Shown: one piece after another, positions 25,291 to 38,923 of the stretch
How the letters are laid out: every line of letters starts with the position of its first letter
How positions within the stretch are numbered: position 1 is the first letter of the stretch
DNA from: Rhynchobatus australiae
Lineage: Eukaryota
Direction: 5' to 3'
Length of the DNA: 64,000 bases
Assembly (NCBI GenBank): GCA_034780895.1
Contig: JAUZTB010000062.1
Span: 14,861,934-14,925,933, forward strand
The notes under the pieces: generated by a model
The model's input: the letters and a program-made list of their open reading frames with translations, nothing else
Database searches by the model: none
What the model was told of the DNA's origin: nothing
Made by a program: the position numbers and the translations under genes

Positions 25291-26049
25291 TACTTTTTTT
25301 TAAATTTTCCCTAGCAATTTATTTTCTTCAATGAGATTGCTTCTCATTATTCTGGCCTCTCAGGAATAAAAGCTGATTTACAATCCTACTCAGAGGACAA
25401 TTCATCTGTTTCAATTTGTATGCTGAATCTTTGTTGCCTCCCTGAGGCAAGCATACCATTTTTGCAAGGACTGAAGCAGAACAGAGGACAATCCCTCCAT
25501 TTCAATTTGTTGACTGAACCTTCGTTGCTTCCCAAAGTGTGTACCCTTCTTTCAGGAAGGACAAAAACAGAATACTTTATTCCAGCAGTGGTATCACCAA
25601 GGCAGTCTGTAAATGCATAATGTCTCCTTATAAGAGGTTGGGCTAGCCTTTGAAAAAGTGGATCTTTAAAAAGCATTCCATTTCAAAATCTTCATTTTTA
25701 ACAAAATATTTACATTTTAATATTGTTAATGTTGTCTAATTATTGCAGAATAGCAATGTTACCAATGCACAAAGTAAATCAAGTTTTCTTACAATTAAAA
25801 ATGAATTATAGCTGACGTGCCAGTTTCCCTGCTAAATTTAGTTTTATATCTTTGAGAACCAAGCATATTATTACAAGAGGATCACACTATACTGCAGACA
25901 TCTATCTGGGCATTCATATCTGCATTAATTTTGAATGAGCATACTCTTAATCCTCAGGGCAGCCGACGTGACCCTGCTCTCAGATTCCACTGCTATTATT
26001 GCATTTCCAATGTGGCTGCACCCAGTGCCATTGCTACCAGGAAAGATTC

Positions 26050-26415
26050 AAGTAGCAAAGTGGTATTGCTTGTAGAGCCACTGCCTCATAGCACAGAGTT
26101 CAAACCTGACCTTGGGTGCTGTCTGAGTGGAGTTTGCACATTCTTCTCATGACTGCATGGGTTCCCTCAGCGTAGTCCAGTTTCCTCCACATTCCAAAGG
26201 TGTATGGATTGGTAGATTAATCAGCTGCTGCAAATTTACTCTAGTATGTAGGTGAATGGCAGAATCTGATGGTTGGGGGGCAAAGGGAAAGGAGGAGGTG
26301 GGAGTGGCCAAGGTTAAAAAATGGGATTAACAGAGGATTGGTGTAAATGGGTCTTGATAGTGAGCAAGGACTTGGTGGGTCGACGGGTTTGTTTCCAAGC
26401 TGTGTGACACTATGA
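26050..26415 (+). mobile_element. tRNA-type SINE
   Basis: Box-B-like gagttcaaacc, core ggagtttgcacattcttc...gtttcctccacattccaaag, and a CR1-like tail. Confidence 0.65.
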
Positions 26416-27034
26416 CATTCCTTTCTTTGATGCTGTAGATTTGCCTATAAAACCAAACACTTGTCATATCCCACCAAAGCAAGTTTGAAATTTCAATTCA
26501 GCTACTCCAAAATTTGTTTTAAAAAAGTTAAAAGACATGAAACTTTGGAATAGTCATAAAAACAAACTGGTTGACTTAAAATAGGAACTTCACTTCTTAC
26601 CCAGTCCTCTGAAAGTGCTCAGCTATAGCCTTTAGTGATACGATTTATTGCAAATGAAAGCAAGAAACAGTTAGATACAATGCACACATCTACACACCAC
26701 TGGTAATGCTCAAATCCAGTGCTCCAGAANNNNNNNNNNNNNNNNCAAACTATTCCTGAGCTGACAATATGGAAAATTGCTCACTTATTAGCCCACTTAC
26801 AATCATTAATGTGACAGAAGCGCTCATCAACAAAAAAACTCAATTATTGTGAACTGTTCACCAATGCTTTTTTAAACTACAAAAGTTAATATAGATAGAG
26901 TAACAACACCAGTCCAGTAGGAGTCAGGTTACTGTGTAGACCTTTGTTCTCACATTTATGATAACATACTTCTAAAATATAAATTCTGCAAGTTAAGAAG
27001 GCCATAGAAGGATATACCAAGTCAAATTACTTAC

Positions 27035-27180
27035 AGTACACGACCATTTGATTTCCTCTGTACAATAATGCCGAAAGGTCTGGAGGAAAACTTAACGGTA
27101 TAGAGTTGAGTTAAAGCTTTTTCAGTAACAACAGGAACATCAATAGGAACTTCATACCGCTTGTTCTCTAGATCTTTAAG
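27035..27180 (-). CDS. GAA: GAA copy A exon 3 (LKDLENKRYEVPIDVPVVTEKALTQLYTVKFSSRPFGIIVQRKSNGRVL)
   Basis: 146 nt; RYEVP and PFGIIV motifs; cag/gtaagt boundaries. Confidence 0.95.
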
Positions 27181-28819
27181 CTGAAAAATCACAATGGTTT
27201 AGTGAAGAAAAAAAATGACTTCCACATATAGACAATAAAGTTAACTATTCAGTTTTAATGGTAAATGTATTGATACCAATTTCTTTGTTACATTGTACTA
27301 AATCAGATTTGTTGAACTCCAAATATATATATTATACAATCAAGTTAATCTTAGAAATAGCAAATCTATGTGATCACTGAAGATCAATTTTGTTGTTGCA
27401 GTTTATCTGGCATACTCCGCCNNNNNNNNNNNNNNNNNNNNNNNNNNNNNNNNNNNNNNNNNNNNNNNNNNNNNNNNNNNNNNNNNNNNNNNNNNNNNNN
27501 NNNNNNNNNNNNNNNNNNNNNNNNNNNNNNNNNNNNNNNNNNNNNNNNNNNNNNNNNNNNNNNNNNNNNNNNNNNNNNNNNNNNNNNNNNNNNNNNNNNN
27601 NNNNNNNNNNNNNNNNNNNNNNNNNNNNNNNNNNNNNNNNNNNNNNNNNNNNNNNNNNNNNNNNNNNNNNNNNNNNNNNNNNNNNNNNNNNNNNNNNNNN
27701 NNNTAGAGTTTTAATTAACACCATAATTTAAAGAATCAATTTTCTAAACCAAGGCAAATGACCAAGAAACAGTGCAGATATTTAAAAGGAAGGGGAGACG
27801 AACATACATTTATCCTGGGCATTCCCATACAACTAAAGTTCCAGAGTCAGAAACTAACTCGTCCACTCATCACCATCAACTAAGGCTAGATAGAACTTTC
27901 TAATATACCACTATACACAGTGATCCATATATACGACAGACAACCCCTTTAAGAAATTTAAATAAATGACTCTAGCATCAATCAGCCATTGGCTTGCATA
28001 ATTGTGTTAACTTTCTCAAGTTCAGCTTTGGAATCTACTGCTTATTCTCAAACATTTGTCTCTGATTCTGCTGGGGAAAATCATAAGTGAACAACATCGC
28101 AGTGCTGGAGATGAGACAGCTAAGAATTGTGTACTCATATTGTCCTGATGAATACTATCTCCGGATAAATCTTCTGAGAGAAAAGAAACTAGTCAAAATA
28201 ATCCACGAAAGGAAATTCCACCATCCTTTTAACTATAAATATGGTCATAAATTTCTAATCATAACACAAGTACATAAAAAAATAATAATAATCAACCTTG
28301 CCTTTCTTCCATCATTTATGTTGCTATGAAAGATGCTCGCAGTAAGCATCACAGTCAATATATGTTTAATTGCGAAGAAGAAAATGATACAGCATAGTGA
28401 CACTATTTTGGAATGAGATTTTTTTTACATCAAAAATGGTCTTCAAATGTTTATATTTTAACAAACATTAACCTTAAGAAAAAAATGAGTTGTCAGTTAT
28501 TCAAACCAATTTACTCTCTGACTGCATGCAAGGTATATGTGAATGTTTCATATATACATGCTACATTTAGCTTTGTAATTCCTAATTACGATATAAATGA
28601 AGCAACTGCACTTGAGGTCAACTACAAAGAGGCCTCAATTTAAAATAAAAACATCCAGCATTAATACTGAATCTTTATCTTTGAAAAGCATCCCAATATG
28701 CATCAGATACAAAATAAGACACGGACATAGGGTACTATTGGGCGCATGATATTACGAATGTTTCCACTCTGAGGTTGTATTTAAGTACTTATCATTAAAA
28801 GAAAATAATAACACTGGAA

Positions 28820-29380
28820 ACATGGATAATACAGCGCTGAAACAGGCCCGTCGGCCCTGGACATCCACATTAATCAAGATGACCATCTAAGCTGGTCCCT
28901 CAAAACCTTTCCTATCCATGTACCTATCCAAGTATCTTTTAGATGTTGTTATTGTACCTGACCTAACTACTACTCCTGGCAGCTCTTTCCATTTACGCAC
29001 CAGTCTCTGCGTGAAGNNNNNNNNNNNNNNNNNNNNNNNNNNNNNNNNNNNNNNNNNNNNNNNNNNNNNNNNNNNNNNNNNNNNNNNNNNNNNNNNNNNN
29101 NNNNNNNNNNNNNNNNNNNNNNNNNNNNNNNNNNNNNNNNNNNNNNNNNNNNNNNNNNNNNNNNNNNNNNNNNNNNNNNNNNNNNNNNNNNNNNNNNNNN
29201 NNNNNNNNNNNNNNNNNNNNNNNNNNNNNNNNNNNNNNNNNNNNNNNNNNNNNNNNNNNNNNNNNNNNNNNNNNNNNNNNNNNNNNNNNNNNNNNNNNNN
29301 NNNNNNNNNNNNNNNNNNNNNNNNNNNCTGTACACAATACTCCATGTGCAACCTCACCAACATTATGTACAATTGCAACG
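28820..29380 (-). mobile_element. CR1-like LINE 3' part spanning a gap
   Basis: LQLYIMLVRLHMEYCVQ ... FTQRLVRKWKELP peptides. Confidence 0.75.
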
Positions 29381-29484
29381 TTATTTGATGCCTTGTGAAA
29401 CTGTGTACATCAGTTCTGTTAATATATTGACATGCTATATCCACCTTGTTACTAAAATTATCTTTACTAATTGAGATTACTTAC

Positions 29485-30006
29485 AGTAAAATGAAGTCTG
29501 CCTGATGTCTCATACATTACGTTCAACTGAAGTGCCCTTATTTCATTTGGGAACAATGTCCTCTCAGTGCGGCTTAGTGTACCTACATAGCCTGTCTTAG
29601 TTGGAGAAAGGTTATCCATGTTGTAAGAAGGATAATTTGAAGGCAAGAAACAAAAAGGTGCAGTGTTATTGACAGTACTGGCCACTGGAATCCAGCAGCA
29701 GCCACGGGCCTGACATTTCTTCATGTCCATCAATTCATTAAAAGCACAATCCAACCTACTATTAGGATCAATATCACACCATGAAGCATTGTGATGACCC
29801 TGACTTCTTGGTGACTTCTTTGGCATTTCTGAGGATTTTGTGCCATTTTTATAATTTGGAGATTGCCACAATAGGTCTCGTTTAATTTTGTCCACATTAG
29901 TGAATCCAGGAGACTCCAACTGGGAATGATTGTGGAAAGTTATCACACCAATTAGAATGACGATAAGGAAAATGGCCCCAAATTTAAGAGCTGTAGCAGA
30001 TGGCAT
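29485..30006 (-). CDS. GAA: GAA copy A exon 2 coding part: hydrophobic signal/anchor, stalk, trefoil (P-type) domain, to RLHFT
   Basis: The first in-frame ATG is at 30006, with an in-frame TAA upstream at 30118-30120. Trefoil cysteine pattern C..RLDC..C..RGCCW..PFCF; donor gtaagt at 29484. The exon acceptor (tctcatttag) is at 30131, giving a 5'UTR part of 30007-30130. Confidence 0.92.
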
Positions 30007-31519
30007 TCTTAATTTAGCCAGAGATGAAAGTCCATTAAGTTCCACTCTTGAAGCAAGAGCCCACACTTCTGATTCAAAGACTGGTAGAAATCTGATGGAG
30101 GCCAGATGGTCTTGAATTTAGTGCCAGTGCCTAAATGAGACAGAGAAGAAAAAACAGTTTGAAAAAACATTTCAAATCTGCACAATGGCCACTTTTTGAT
30201 GATACATAATTTGCTTAAAAAAATGCCCAAGTTTCAAAGAGCCATTTAAGAAGCCAATTACATTATGTATGAACATCAATGTATTTTGTTAAATTGCTCA
30301 TGTTTTGCGCAGCACATCAGGTGCTCAAAAACAGAATCAAATCTGCTAGAAATCAATATCAGATTTTTTTGACCAAATTGCAAATTGAATCAGTTATGGA
30401 GTGATTATTTTGACAACTCTAAGCTCATTCTCTTGCACTTAGAATACTCATAAGATGCTCTGTGATTTTCTTTAATCATGCTGGACAATGCTATTTCATG
30501 CCCTCTTTTCACCATCCTAATTACTTTTGTTTTAAGTCCTCCCCTTACACTTTCTACACTCCTGCAGACCCTCTCCTGTTTCCAGCGTTCTCTACCTGCC
30601 ATTAGCTACCTTTTATCTCTTTTTCAATTCTCAAAATCCCTTGACATCTCGGGTTCCTTGGACTTGTTGGGTTACCTTTCACCATTACAAGAAGACATTG
30701 GTCCTGAACTTTCACTATATCTATTTTGATTGCTTCTCGTTGATCGTATCTAGATTTATCTGCTTCCAGTCTACTTTTGTCAGGTTCTGCCTTGGCATGT
30801 TGAAACCTGCTTCCTCCCAATTCAGAACTTTAATTTCATGCCCTTTCACACAAAAAACTTACAAGCTGTGTTATTAAATATAGTTTCTAAGCCATACAAT
30901 GCAGATATTACAAGTAGAATTGTTTTCAAGAGGGAACGTAGTGAGATTGTGTTTTATTATTACAACTAATCAGATTCAAACATACCAGTGGTGGACTTAA
31001 ATATTAAGTTAAATATTAAGTTAAAATAAGCAAGCAGACAGTACACGTGTGTGCTTATAACAGAAAAGCAGTTTTTGAGAAAATGTGGTTCTTGCTTCAA
31101 CATTAGGAACTTCACGTTATACAATTCATCAACTAAAACACATGTTAAGATTGTCTTATATAAGCCACTTCTTGTTTTGTTATTCTTACTTAATGTGGAC
31201 AAATGTTAAGTCAACATACTCCCAGAAGACTCTTGACAAATGCTAAGTCAAATGCTTCCAACCAGACAGTTTAGAAGACACAGGGCAGAAGCAAAGTTAT
31301 CAAGAAAGTTCACATAAGAAAACAGTGTTATAGGATGATTTGGTTAGTGGTTAATCAACCTGTAGGTTGGCATCAAAAACAAGGAATTGACCATGTAGAA
31401 ACAAAGATAAGGGGCTATTCTGCTCTCATGTGGAATATTATGCAAAACAGCAGTTCTCAGCAGTTTTCCTAAAAAGAACAAAACAAACAAAAGTTGGACT
31501 AGATCTGGGCCAGGTTTGC

Positions 31520-32730
31520 TATTCAATAAAATCATGGCCGATCTTTTACCTCCGTGCTACTTTCCTGCATTAACTCCATATTCCATGATCTCCTTAACAT
31601 CCAAAAATCTATAAGACCATAAGACATAGGAGCAGAATCAGGCCATTCAACCCATCGAGTCTGCTCCACCATTCGATCATGACTGATTTATTTTTCCCTC
31701 TCAACTCCATTCTCCTGACTTCTCCCCATAATCTTTGACGCCCTNNNNNNNNNNNNNNNNNNNNNNNNNNNNNNNNNNNNNNNNNNNNNNNNNNNNNNNN
31801 NNNNNNNNNNNNNNNNNNNNNNNNNNNNNNNNNNNNNNNNNNNNNNNNNNNNNNNNNNNNNNNNNNNNNNNNNNNNNNNNNNNNNNNNNNNNNNNNNNNN
31901 NNNNNNNNNNNNNNNNNNNNNNNNNNNNNNNNNNNNNNNNNNNNNNNNNNNNNNNNNNNNNNNNNNNNNNNNNNNNNNNNNNNNNNNNNNNNNNNNNNNN
32001 NNNNNNNNNNNNNNNNNNNNNNNNNNNNNNNNNNNNNNNNNNNNNNNNNNNNNNNNNNNNNNNNNNNNNNNNNNNNNNNNNNNNNNNNNNNNNNNNNNNN
32101 NNNNNNNNNNNNNNNNNNNNNNNNNNNNNNNNNNNNNNNNNNNNNNNNNNNNNNNNNNNNNNNNNNNNNNNNNNNNNNNNNNNNNNNNNNNNNNNNNNNN
32201 NNNNNNNNNNNNNNNNNNNNNNNNNNNNNNNNNNNNNNNNNNNNNNNNNNNNNNNNNNNNNNNNNNNNNNNNNNNNNNNNNNNNNNNNNNNNNNNNNNNN
32301 NNNNNNNNNNNNNNNNNNNNNNNNNNNNNNNNNNNNNNNNNNNNNNNNNNNNNNNNNNNNNNNNNNNNNNNNNNNNNNNNNNNNNNNNNNNNNNCGTCCC
32401 TCAGCTGTACGCCATCTGCCACTTCTTTGCCCATTTTATCAGTCCATCTTGAATATTCTCAGCCTCCACAGCCCTTTTGGAAGAGAATTCCCAAGATTCA
32501 CTACCCACTGAGTGAAGAAATTTTTTCTTATTTTTGTAATAAATGGCCAAATCCCTTACTTTGAAATTGCAACTCTCAGTTTCTGGCACCCAAATTATGG
32601 AAATATCATGCCTGCATCTACCCTTTCAAACCACATAGAATTTTGTATATTTCAATGAGATTGACTCTCATGCTTCTAAAGTCGGGACAGTATAGGGCCA
32701 GTCTGTCTAATTTCACCTCATATGACAATA
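31520..32730 (-). mobile_element. Nested CR1-like LINE fragments
   Basis: taagaccataagacataggagcagaatcaggccattc tail; KWAKKWQM peptide; the flanking older CR1 is interrupted. Confidence 0.65.
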
Positions 32731-34514
32731 CTTACACTCCCAAGAAAAAACCTGACACACTTTCCTTCCACCCCATCAAATGCAGATATATCCTTCCTTC
32801 TTGCTCAGACAATATTCTGCCTTTCTTTTTTTCAACCATAGTTTTAACATTATAATCATTAATTCTTGCAAATTCACCTGATTTAAGCCTTTCTGCTCAA
32901 CTCTTTTTCCCAAAAAACTGATCTACCGATTAGTCACCCATNNNNNNNNNNNNNNNNNNNNNNNNNNNNNNNNNNNNNNNNNNNNNNNNNNNNNNNNNNN
33001 NNNNNNNNNNNNNNNNNNNNNNNNNNNNNNNNNNNNNNNNNTGACTTTGAATACTCTGCTTCTAGTGCGCTAATTTCATAGAGTAATGCAGCAACTTTCA
33101 GCTAATTTAGTGTGTTACATCACTAAATTTCAGCCCAATTTACTGTGTTGTCTTCAGATCCTTTTATCACTTTTCCTTTGGTTCTGCTAATCCATAAATT
33201 TATCTTGGATTCCAGAACTAGTTAAGACTTACTACTCTATGGACTCATTTTTTTTCACAAAACCACCTCAACCACAGCCATGACTAATCTGTATTGTTAG
33301 GTCATTCAAGCAGTTGGCGTAAACATACATGTGCATAATTTTCTTGCGTCTCAATGATAGGTTTTTGCTTGTTCCTTTCTGTGTTTAGGCATGTGCTAAA
33401 ATTTGATTAGAGTGCTAGTGTACAATCTGGCTGAGAAACAATTCCATTTCCCATATGAGTATTTAGGCAGTCTCTGAGTGAGATTGTGCCTTTTTTTATA
33501 TTAGAGGTACATTGGAGCAATAGCTTAAAGCTGAAAAATCTTAGCTTCAGAAATTACATGCAAAATACATTTGTGAAAGAAGGGCAGTTTTGTCCAGGAG
33601 GAAATTGTTGAAAGTTCTAAAGAGGAAGATGGTTAAGCTTTGATTTAATTAATCCACAGCTGTTGAAATTTAATGTTCATTGTCAGAAGTTGCATTTGGG
33701 AGGCCTGTTTGTGGCATCGAATTGGGAACGGCAGTGATCACTGGTAGGGAGGGATGGAATTTGAACCTTTTTCTTTTGATGGCAGTATCTTTAGGAAAGT
33801 TTTTCTTCATTGCTGCAGTTGACTACACTTAAAATAGTTGATTGGTTGTAAAGCTATGAAAGAAGTCGCATCAAAAAAAGTTTGTATTTTTTCCTTTTTA
33901 ACACAACAGTAAAATATACTGTAAAGTTTGTGAATTTGATTTTCATTGGTTACTTTCTACAAGCGTTTGAGCCACTCCACCTTGTTTTATGGACGTTTAA
34001 TAAATATGAAACTTGAATTGAACTTTGATGTTGACTTTTTTGTAAATATTGACTTACTCCCAAAGACTCTAATACCTTATCATTTACATAACAAGGGATT
34101 CTTAATAGTATATTGCAACAGAAAACTGGTTTTGGAATATTTGCAGAATCTAGGTCAAAAGTCATGATGTGAAAAAAAAATGAGAGATGACTGTCCTTCA
34201 AAGACAGTAATTGTATTTCGATTAATAAATTATTGGTTTATTATTGTCACTTTTACTGAGGTACAGTGGAAAAACTTGACTTGCATACCATTCGTACAGC
34301 TCAATTCATTACAACGTGCAGATACATTGAGTTGGTACAGAGTGCATTGAGGTAGTACAGGATAAAAACAATAACAATACAGAGTAAAGTGTCACAGCTA
34401 CAGGGAAGTGCATTGCAGGTAGACAATAAGGTGCAAGGTCATAACAAGGTAGATTGTGAGGTCAAGAGTCCATCTCATCGTATAGGGAACCATTCAATAG
34501 TCTTATTGTAGGTT

Positions 34515-34925
34515 TCAATGTGATCCCCTTCATCCTTCTGAACTCCATTGATTACAGGCCCAGAGACATCAAATGCTCCTCATATGTTAAGCCTTTCATT
34601 TCTGGGACAATCCTTGTGCACCTCCACTGGACCCTCTCCAGGGCCAGCACATCCTTTCTTAGGTACAGGACTCAAAATTGCTCAATATTCCAAATTCAAT
34701 CTGACCAACACCTTATAAAGCCTCAGCAGTACATCCTTGGTTTTATATTCTAGACTTCTCAAAATGAATGCTAGCATTGCATTTGCCTTTTTTACTACTG
34801 ACTCAACCTGCAGATTAACCTTGAGGGAATGCTGAACTAGGACTCCCAAGTCCCTTTGCACCTCTGATTTCTGAATTTTCTCCCCATTTAGAAAATAGTG
34901 TACACCTTTATTCTTCCTACCAAAG
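34515..34925 (-). mobile_element. CR1 LINE RT fragment
   Basis: QRDLGVLVQHSLKVNLQVESVVKKANAMLAFI...LYKVLVRLNLEY. Confidence 0.85.
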
Positions 34926-37336
34926 TTTGAGGAGTAGATGAGCTCAGGCATGGTTAAAGTTGAGTGCTGTTGTACAGGTGATTTTATTGAAGGCATAGAT
35001 AGAAAGTGTCATTACCATAGTGTTCAAGATACTGCATAAGCAGCAGGGGCTCGGAATTAGATGTCTTAATGAAGAGATTATATACAACTACTGCTGCTGG
35101 AACATTTAAATTTATTTAATTAAATACGCTGTGGAATTAAAACCCCAGTATTAGTGATAGAAATAGGTACCTATTTGTAAAACTCAATTTTTAAAAATAT
35201 ATTCATTTTTGGATTCCGTGCTGGCTGGACAGCAGTTATTGCCCTTCATAAGGTGGCGATGAGCTAGCTGTCTTCTCGAACTGCTGCAATCCTTCTGCTA
35301 ATGGAGTTTAAGCAAGGAAACTGTCATTTTTTCCCCCCATCTGGCCTATATGCGACTCCGGCCCCATATCAAATTAGTTGACTTTTCAGAATTCTCAAAC
35401 TGCTCGAGCAACTCAATCTGTTCAGGGACAATAACTGCTGGTTTTGCATGTGCCACCCTTTGTACCTTGAAATACATTCAGGCCAAAGCAGTCTACTTGA
35501 CTGGCATTCCATCTACCACCTTGAACCTTCACCCCTTCCACAATACAAAATGCACTACAGCAACAAACAAAGGCTTCTTTGAAATCATTGCCCAAGCTTG
35601 AACAACAAGAACAGTAGGCACCTAGGAAATGCACCTGCAAGAATAATCATCAGGTATGTTTACATCTTCAAATAGTAACATTGACACTTAAATGAGAGGA
35701 TTAATTTTGATGTGTATTCTGCTGAGAATAATACACAGGGCTGTGGTGAAAGCAGAGTAATGGGACTGAAAAGATTGCTCTACCTGCTGCCAATGTAGAT
35801 TTGTGTGCCAAACAACATCCTTTCTGATGCAATTCTGTGATGCTGTGAATGTGAATTGATAGAACTCCAAATGTTTCTTCAAATTAGATAGCAATAAGAA
35901 CTGATCAAAGTATTATTTTCATAGATCTATGGAAGAGCTGGTGGAGATCTAGATGTGGTAGTTCACCTGTTCAGCAGTGAAAGGAATTGTGTTTGGGTGG
36001 ACTAATCATGTGCACTTGGAATTAAGTTGAAAAAGAAAATGAGACTGACAGCAAATTAATAGATATGATTAGACACTGAAAGGAAGAACTGATTAATATA
36101 AAGATAGAAAATGCTGACAGAGAAGAGAACCTGAACTAATGAAAAGTGAATGAGAGGTTCAGTATTCTACTATGATGCATTTCAAGTAATTTGAGAGGAA
36201 TCCTGATAGCAATATAGCCCCATATCAAAGCTATAGCTAATAGGCAGATTAAAAATCCATGTTCCAGATTTGAAACCTTTTGGAGCTGTCCCAATATCTC
36301 ATCAAATTATTTATCTTAAGTATAACACATTTTGAGTGAAACTACAATCTGTGATCAAGGCACCAAAAGTAACACAGCACTAACTCTGGGGGGAAAAAAA
36401 GACAAGGAGTAAATAAATTGGAACTACCCAAAAAAATCTCTTACTTGCAGAGTAATGTTAAATAATGAGTTTCAGAAATGTGTTCTACTGATAATTAAGG
36501 AACAGTGATAGATTTCCAAAAACTGATACTATGTGAGTTGGAGAGAAACTTTTAATTGTTAGCCTTCCCACAAAGTGACTACCATACTCCTTCAATAGAA
36601 CCTCCTGAACTGACATCATCAGTTTGAAGAAAAGGTGCTGCAGTACATTTTGTAGATGGTTTACCAAGCAACAATAAAGCACTTGTGGTATAAAGAGAAT
36701 AAGTGGTGGATGGGGTGCCAGCCAAGTGGTTGCCTCAGATGCTGTTGAGCTTTTTGACTATTGCTGGATTTATCTGGGCAAGTAGAGTTTTCAATCCCCT
36801 TCCTGACTTGTACCTGATACTGAGGAAAAGCCACATGATGGAGTGGATGTTGGTGAAATTTCAACTCATCCAAACCTGGATCTTTGAGAATCATGCTGAT
36901 AGTGTAGGCAACAGGAGACTCAAGAGCAACAGTGAAGTGATGGCTCAGAACCAGCCCTTCAGTCAGTGAGACTACACTGACCCTCAAGTAGCCATTTTTA
37001 TACTATTCCGACACCAACCCATTTTATTCTCCCCACATTCCTATCAACTCGTGCCTCCCCCAAAAAAAACAGGTTTTACCACTGATCCGTACACTAGAGG
37101 TCATTTACACTGGTCAACTAACCCACACATTTTTGGGATGTGGGATGAAACCAGAGCACCCAAAGGAAACATTGAAGGGGGATGATCAAAGAGAAATTGA
37201 TGAGAGATTCCAGATGCAATTAAACTGCAATTAGAAAGAAACTATTGCCTGACACGCTCTGGCTGCAATTTGATGTTAGAGTGGGGCATTTCCACTAATT
37301 TGGTGACTGCTTTGAATTTAGAAAATTTCTAAATTG

Positions 37337-38005
37337 GAATATGCTTGCTTTAAAAAGCATTATCGTATTTACTCCCATTAAGAAAATGTTATAACCCAAT
37401 CTGTGTTTCTAGAAGATTCTAATGCTACATTGGCTTCAATGACCTGGACTTATGAATTTAAATATGACTGTTGTTTATTTTCCATAGATACTTACTTAAC
37501 TTTCTAATGTTGATATTTATGTTGAATAAGCAGCTAGGATTCATACATGAAGAATGAAAGGAGAAATCTTAACACCCCCATTTGATCTTCCCAGATGCCA
37601 ATGCCAGCCCCCACCTGCTCCCAACCTTTCTGGACAACTTGTGTTTTTCATTTGTTGCAATTTCTCAATGATAAAAACACTTTTTTTTACTTGATCTGCC
37701 TGCTCCATGCTTAAGAGGGATTTTCCTGTAGGAGACTCATGTAACATTACCCCTACCCCTGCTCCTGAGGCTGCCATAGAGGGATCACAATCTACAGTGA
37801 ATCATTTCCCTTGGTAAAAATGTCTGTCGACTGATTTGGGTACTTAATATTGCTGCACATTGATTGGTTAATAACACTGCTTATTCCAATGAATGCTATT
37901 ACTGCTGCTTGTCCCGCAAGCATGTGTAGATGTGAAACACAGATTGGGTTATAACATTTCTTAATGGGAGTAAAGATGATAACGCTTTTTACAGCAAGCA
38001 TATTC
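37337..38005. repeat. ~72-bp inverted repeats bounding ~670 bp (MITE-like)
   Basis: 37337-37409 is the reverse complement of 37934-38005 with few mismatches. Confidence 0.7.
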
Positions 38006-38885
38006 TGATTTTAATAATGACTTGAAGAGAGAGGTAACCTTAATGCACAATTAGCATACTGAAAATGGTAAGATCCAAATTCCAGGCTAGAGTTCATTTC
38101 AGAATTAACACATTCACTGTAAAGTACTATGCATATGTAAAATGCACAAAATAAATTTCTAAAATATATTAGTACTAATGCCCTGAATTCATTTCATGAT
38201 AACACTATTTTGAAAAGCTGGAATTAAAGTATATAAAATTTTAACACTAACTCGTTAGATATTACAGTAAAAGCTTCATGCAATATATTAAGAAAGACAT
38301 TGCAATTTTATATAATTTGACAAAAAAAACAAATAAGGCTGTGAAATTCATTAAAAATGAAGTTGGATTTTGGTAACTGTTTATTACCCAGAGATGAGTT
38401 TGGTGGAATCTTGTGAAAGAACATCATGTGTATTTAGTTAGACAAATCAATTATGATTTGGATAGGAAATAATTTAAGGAACTGTATTTATCTACAATGC
38501 AATTGATCAAGAATCTGCACAGGACAAGCATTTTGTTTTGGATAAATAAGTATTATTATTCCTCCACTCCTTTTTGGTCTAATGAATCTTGGTTGTTTGC
38601 AAAGATATGCCACCTGTATTGACTAGTCTTGATGGTCTCCTCAAAAGGAATCAGAACATATCATTGTGAAAATCACTGCACTATGATCAATACCTTAATT
38701 AAATAAAATGCATTTGTAATGCTGGATACAAGTCTTACTGATGTTTTAGGAACTGAAGGGTAAGTGCTTGAACACAATTAGCATTTGTATATATTAGACG
38801 TATGCATGCAAAACTAGTGGAAACAAACAGAGAAATCTTACATTTGTATAGAAATAGACGGCTGTATTTTCTGCTGAAATGTTCT

Positions 38886-38923
38886 ATTGCTATGGTTACA
38901 GATTGATTTGGTTGCTAGGAAAC
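38886..38923. promoter_or_regulatory. Paired RFX X-box-like motifs
   Basis: ATTGCTATGGTTAC (38886-38899) and GTTGCTAGGAAAC (38911-38923) resemble the RFX palindrome GTTGCCATGGCAAC. Confidence 0.45.

Noticed and set aside
26050-26120. tRNA-like A/B boxes (also at 57120 and 62745)
   Set aside because: These are decayed SINE heads with no cloverleaf, not tRNA genes.
30007-30066. N-terminal extension MWALASRVEL... from the ORF track
   Set aside because: It starts at GTG; the first in-frame ATG is at 30006.
38740-38766. Plus-strand 10-nt micro-exon pattern ttttag|gaactgaagg|gtaagt
   Set aside because: No partner exons or plus-strand gene were found; this could be chance.
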